Positions 61,589 to 64,000 of a stretch of 64,000 nucleotides of DNA are shown one piece after another; the first letter of the stretch is position 1, and each line of letters starts with the position of its first letter. A program made the translations under genes and the position numbers. Source of the DNA: a virus; IMG/VR virus record IMGVR_UViG_3300036770_006434, positions 1-64,000 of that record; one strand, 5' to 3'. The notes beneath the pieces are model-generated. The model worked only from the letters and a program-made list of their open reading frames with translations, did no database searches and was not told the DNA's origin.

Positions 61589-62389
61589 TCAAGATTTGAC
61601 CGCTTCCTTGTAAGCCTCCCAGCAGAACTCCTCGGAACACATCCCATCATTGGGTTTGTCAAAGGTTTTGTGGTCCAAAATGCAGCGTAAAATCTGGAAC
61701 TGACGGGAATCTTTACGGTCCTTGTAGTAAATGCTTTTCACGTCTTGGGCGGGGCACGGATTCCTCTCCGTATACCGGGAAATCGCCCCGTTTATCAGTC
61801 CGTCAAACGGCATCAGATTCCCGACTTCCCGCAGGATGATGGGAGCGACAGGAAGAGAGGGGACAATAGAGCCCATATTCAGTGTGTTTTTGGCGATAAA
61901 CGAGGAATAGAACGGCAGGGACAGCAGGAAATCCGGCTGCCACAGATCGCAGAGTCGCTTCCAGTCGATTCTCGGCACGTAATAGAAGCCGTCCTGCGCG
62001 GCCAGACTGTAGATGTTGATGATTCCTTCATAGTCCGTGCTGCCGTCGCCGGCCATCCAGATGATTACGTTGGACTGGTTTTTGAGACTGGCCTCGGATT
62101 TGTCCTCCATTTTGTCGCAAACCGCCAACTTGAGGCCGAACACCATCTGGCACCCGACATCTTTCAGGTTTTTCTGCGCGGTCATGAAATCCGCGAACTT
62201 GGAAGCGACGAAATGGAGTTGGGTCAATCCCTCGGATTTGGCCAAATCACAGAGAGAGACGGAGCCGTAGTCCTTGCCGGATTTCGCGGCAGCGCCTGCC
62301 TTGTCAAAGGTGAAGATGCCGCCCTCTTTCAGGGAGCTGGATGAGTAGAAAAGGGGGAGGATATCCTTCATGTAAGTGCTTAAATCCAT
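61589..62389 (-). CDS. stand-alone PHP domain of DNA polymerase III alpha
   Basis: PLFYSSSSL, FGLKL, IYSLAAQDGFYYVPRID; matches the DnaE N-terminal PHP missing from 55191-58316. Confidence 0.75.
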   Translation of the reverse strand: MDLSTYMKDILPLFYSSSSLKEGGIFTFDKAGAAAKSGKDYGSVSLCDLAKSEGLTQLHFVASKFADFMTAQKNLKDVGCQMVFGLKLAVCDKMEDKSEASLKNQSNVIIWMAGDGSTDYEGIINIYSLAAQDGFYYVPRIDWKRLCDLWQPDFLLSLPFYSSFIAKNTLNMGSIVPSLPVAPIILREVGNLMPFDGLINGAISRYTERNPCPAQDVKSIYYKDRKDSRQFQILRCILDHKTFDKPNDGMCSEEFCWEAYKEAVKS

Positions 62390-62427
62390 AGTTTACCGCC
62401 GGTCCAACATATTCGGATTCGTTCCAT

Positions 62428-63465
62428 ATGTCCGGGCCAGCGGCACGTATACCATGCTGTCGCATCCAAATACTTCAAGATATTCCTCAATCGGTCTATA
62501 ACTACCTTCCGTTCATGTGTAACCCCCACAACATGAGACGTGTATTCACCACAGAAATGACGGAATGGTTTGTAGTTAACTACCCTCACCTTGGTTCTGC
62601 CAGATGTGCCAAGCATCTTGGTATAACGATGAGACAGGCCAAGTCGAAGGCAAGAGAAATGAAACTTCAAATGACAGAGGACGGCAAACGACTGGCTGCC
62701 TCTGACGGGTGGAAGGGCCGCGTCCGTAATTATCGCGTGGCCCCCGAGCAGTTTCTCTGCGTCAGCACGCCTGAAGTCGCTTATCTCTTGGGTTTCCTTT
62801 GGGCTGACGGGTATTTGTCGCGCTCTTGCGCTCATCCAATTGGCTTTGAGATAGCTACGGTGGACTTTGAGGAGATATGGCCCATTTTTCTCCGCACCGG
62901 CTCGTGGTGTCGGCATGATCGCACACGAGAGGGGCGTGGCCGTCAATCCATGGGGAGAACCAACAATCGCCCTATCTATGAGTTTCTCATTGGAAAAGGG
63001 TATGCGGCTAAGTCGAGTGTCTCGGCTTGCGCCATTGTGGAGCACGTGCCTGCTCACTTGCGCCGATATTGGTTTCGCGGTCTTGTTGACGGTGATGGGC
63101 ACATTGCGAAGAGCACGGTTGAAATTGCCTCCTCTTACAAACAAGATTGGACGTATATGATCGCTATATGCAACGAGTTTAATTTGGCCTATCGAATTCG
63201 ACATTACATCTCTAAAAAAGGCCACAAAGGGTCTACCTTCACTATCAGTCGAAAAGCTGGCGCTCGTATTTTCCTTGATTGGATATATGAAGGATTTGAA
63301 ACAGACAGGATTGGATTTAGTCGTAAACATTTAGCGTATAAGGTCTTATGTGAGGTAAAAACTACGGGAAGGTGGCAGTTACCGGCGGGGTATCATCCCG
63401 CACCGGCGCAGCCACCGGTTCCCAATGCCATTTTCCCGAAGAGTTTAGTTGTTGCAAAGACTTAA
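62428..63465 (+). CDS. LAGLIDADG homing endonuclease (start uncertain)
   Basis: AYLLGFLWADG and WFRGLVDGDG motifs; opposite strand to neighbours. Confidence 0.88.
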   Translation: MSGPAARIPCCRIQILQDIPQSVYNYLPFMCNPHNMRRVFTTEMTEWFVVNYPHLGSARCAKHLGITMRQAKSKAREMKLQMTEDGKRLAASDGWKGRVRNYRVAPEQFLCVSTPEVAYLLGFLWADGYLSRSCAHPIGFEIATVDFEEIWPIFLRTGSWCRHDRTREGRGRQSMGRTNNRPIYEFLIGKGYAAKSSVSACAIVEHVPAHLRRYWFRGLVDGDGHIAKSTVEIASSYKQDWTYMIAICNEFNLAYRIRHYISKKGHKGSTFTISRKAGARIFLDWIYEGFETDRIGFSRKHLAYKVLCEVKTTGRWQLPAGYHPAPAQPPVPNAIFPKSLVVAKT

Positions 63466-64000
63466 TCTGTATCGAGCCTTTTTGTTCAAGAAGCGCATAC
63501 GTTGTTCCGGTGTCTATACAGTAAGACCTGCCCTTTCGACGCGGTAATTCGTCGCTCGAATGGCCGACGATTTGTGGATACGGCAGATTATCCTCGAATT
63601 CTGTGTCCCAGTCAAGCCATAAAGGGCCACCGTTATCGTAGGAGCCGCCCCGCGAGAAACCAACTGCAAAAAGGTGGTCCGGGCGATACGGTGCCATTTC
63701 CAGCGCGGCTTCCGCTTTCTGGTTCAGGTTCGCCAAATTTTCCACGTCCGTCAAATGGTTCCACCAGTAATTCTCCCTGATTCCGGCGTGGGACAGAAGC
63801 CACCCATTGGCAAGCACAAATAACCGGACTTTTTGCCAGATGACCCACTCCATCTCCTTCGCGATTTCCAGAGACTTGCCGTTGGAATAACCTGCACAGG
63901 AATTTAGCAGCGGGATTTTTTTCTTGAACTGCTTGCTGCTGAAATGGGATTCAAGGTATGGGAGTTCGTGATTCCCGGCCAGCACCGTAACATCCTTGCG
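63362..64000 (-). CDS. calcineurin-like metallophosphoesterase (partial, begins beyond window)
   Basis: LAGNHE, LSHAGI, GPLWLD, QIVGHS, CIDTG. Confidence 0.85.
   Translation of the reverse strand, partial: RKDVTVLAGNHELPYLESHFSSKQFKKKIPLLNSCAGYSNGKSLEIAKEMEWVIWQKVRLFVLANGWLLSHAGIRENYWWNHLTDVENLANLNQKAEAALEMAPYRPDHLFAVGFSRGGSYDNGGPLWLDWDTEFEDNLPYPQIVGHSSDELPRRKGRSYCIDTGTTYALLEQKGSIQIKSLQQLNSSGKWHWEPVAAPVRDDTPPVTATFP

Noticed and set aside
62380-63330. 316-aa minus-strand ORF
   Set aside because: Antisense to the LAGLIDADG gene, which has clear motifs; no domain signal.
1-64000. Alternative genetic code (stop-codon reassignment)
   Set aside because: Long conserved genes are intact in the standard code, all three stops end genes, and no clear suppressor tRNA was found.

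Overview
The window is an internal 64-kb segment of a large (jumbo-like) dsDNA bacteriophage genome. Almost all genes lie on the minus strand. 1-44 kb is a dense run of short hypothetical genes, interspersed with an RNA ligase, two DNA methyltransferases, a lysozyme, a TrmH methyltransferase, an amidoligase-like protein, macro, HD, dNMP-kinase, GHKL and SLOG-like proteins, and a host-like RfaE-type adenylyltransferase. 44.9-52.3 kb is a cluster of about 20 credible tRNAs plus aberrant tRNA-like and other structured RNAs. 55-64 kb is a replication module: DnaE with a mini-intein, a separate PHP gene, a DEDD exonuclease, an AAA ATPase and a LAGLIDADG endonuclease. Best candidates for undescribed biology: (1) a 608-aa TnpB/Cas12-like protein with a Fanzor-type rearranged RuvC, followed 14 bp after its stop by a 3-repeat/2-spacer CRISPR-like array, with no cas1/2/4 or transposase in view; (2) five well-formed integron attC sites defining gene cassettes inside the phage, three of them with loops that contain the start (two also the preceding stop) codon of antisense phage-oriented genes; (3) a tRNA set with swapped variable arms, eroded T-loops and several closed-stem ncRNAs; (4) a TAGGG-N6-CCCTA box abutting the -35 element of six promoters. 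A Verrucomicrobia-type host is an inference only. All family assignments come from motifs read by eye, not from database searches.
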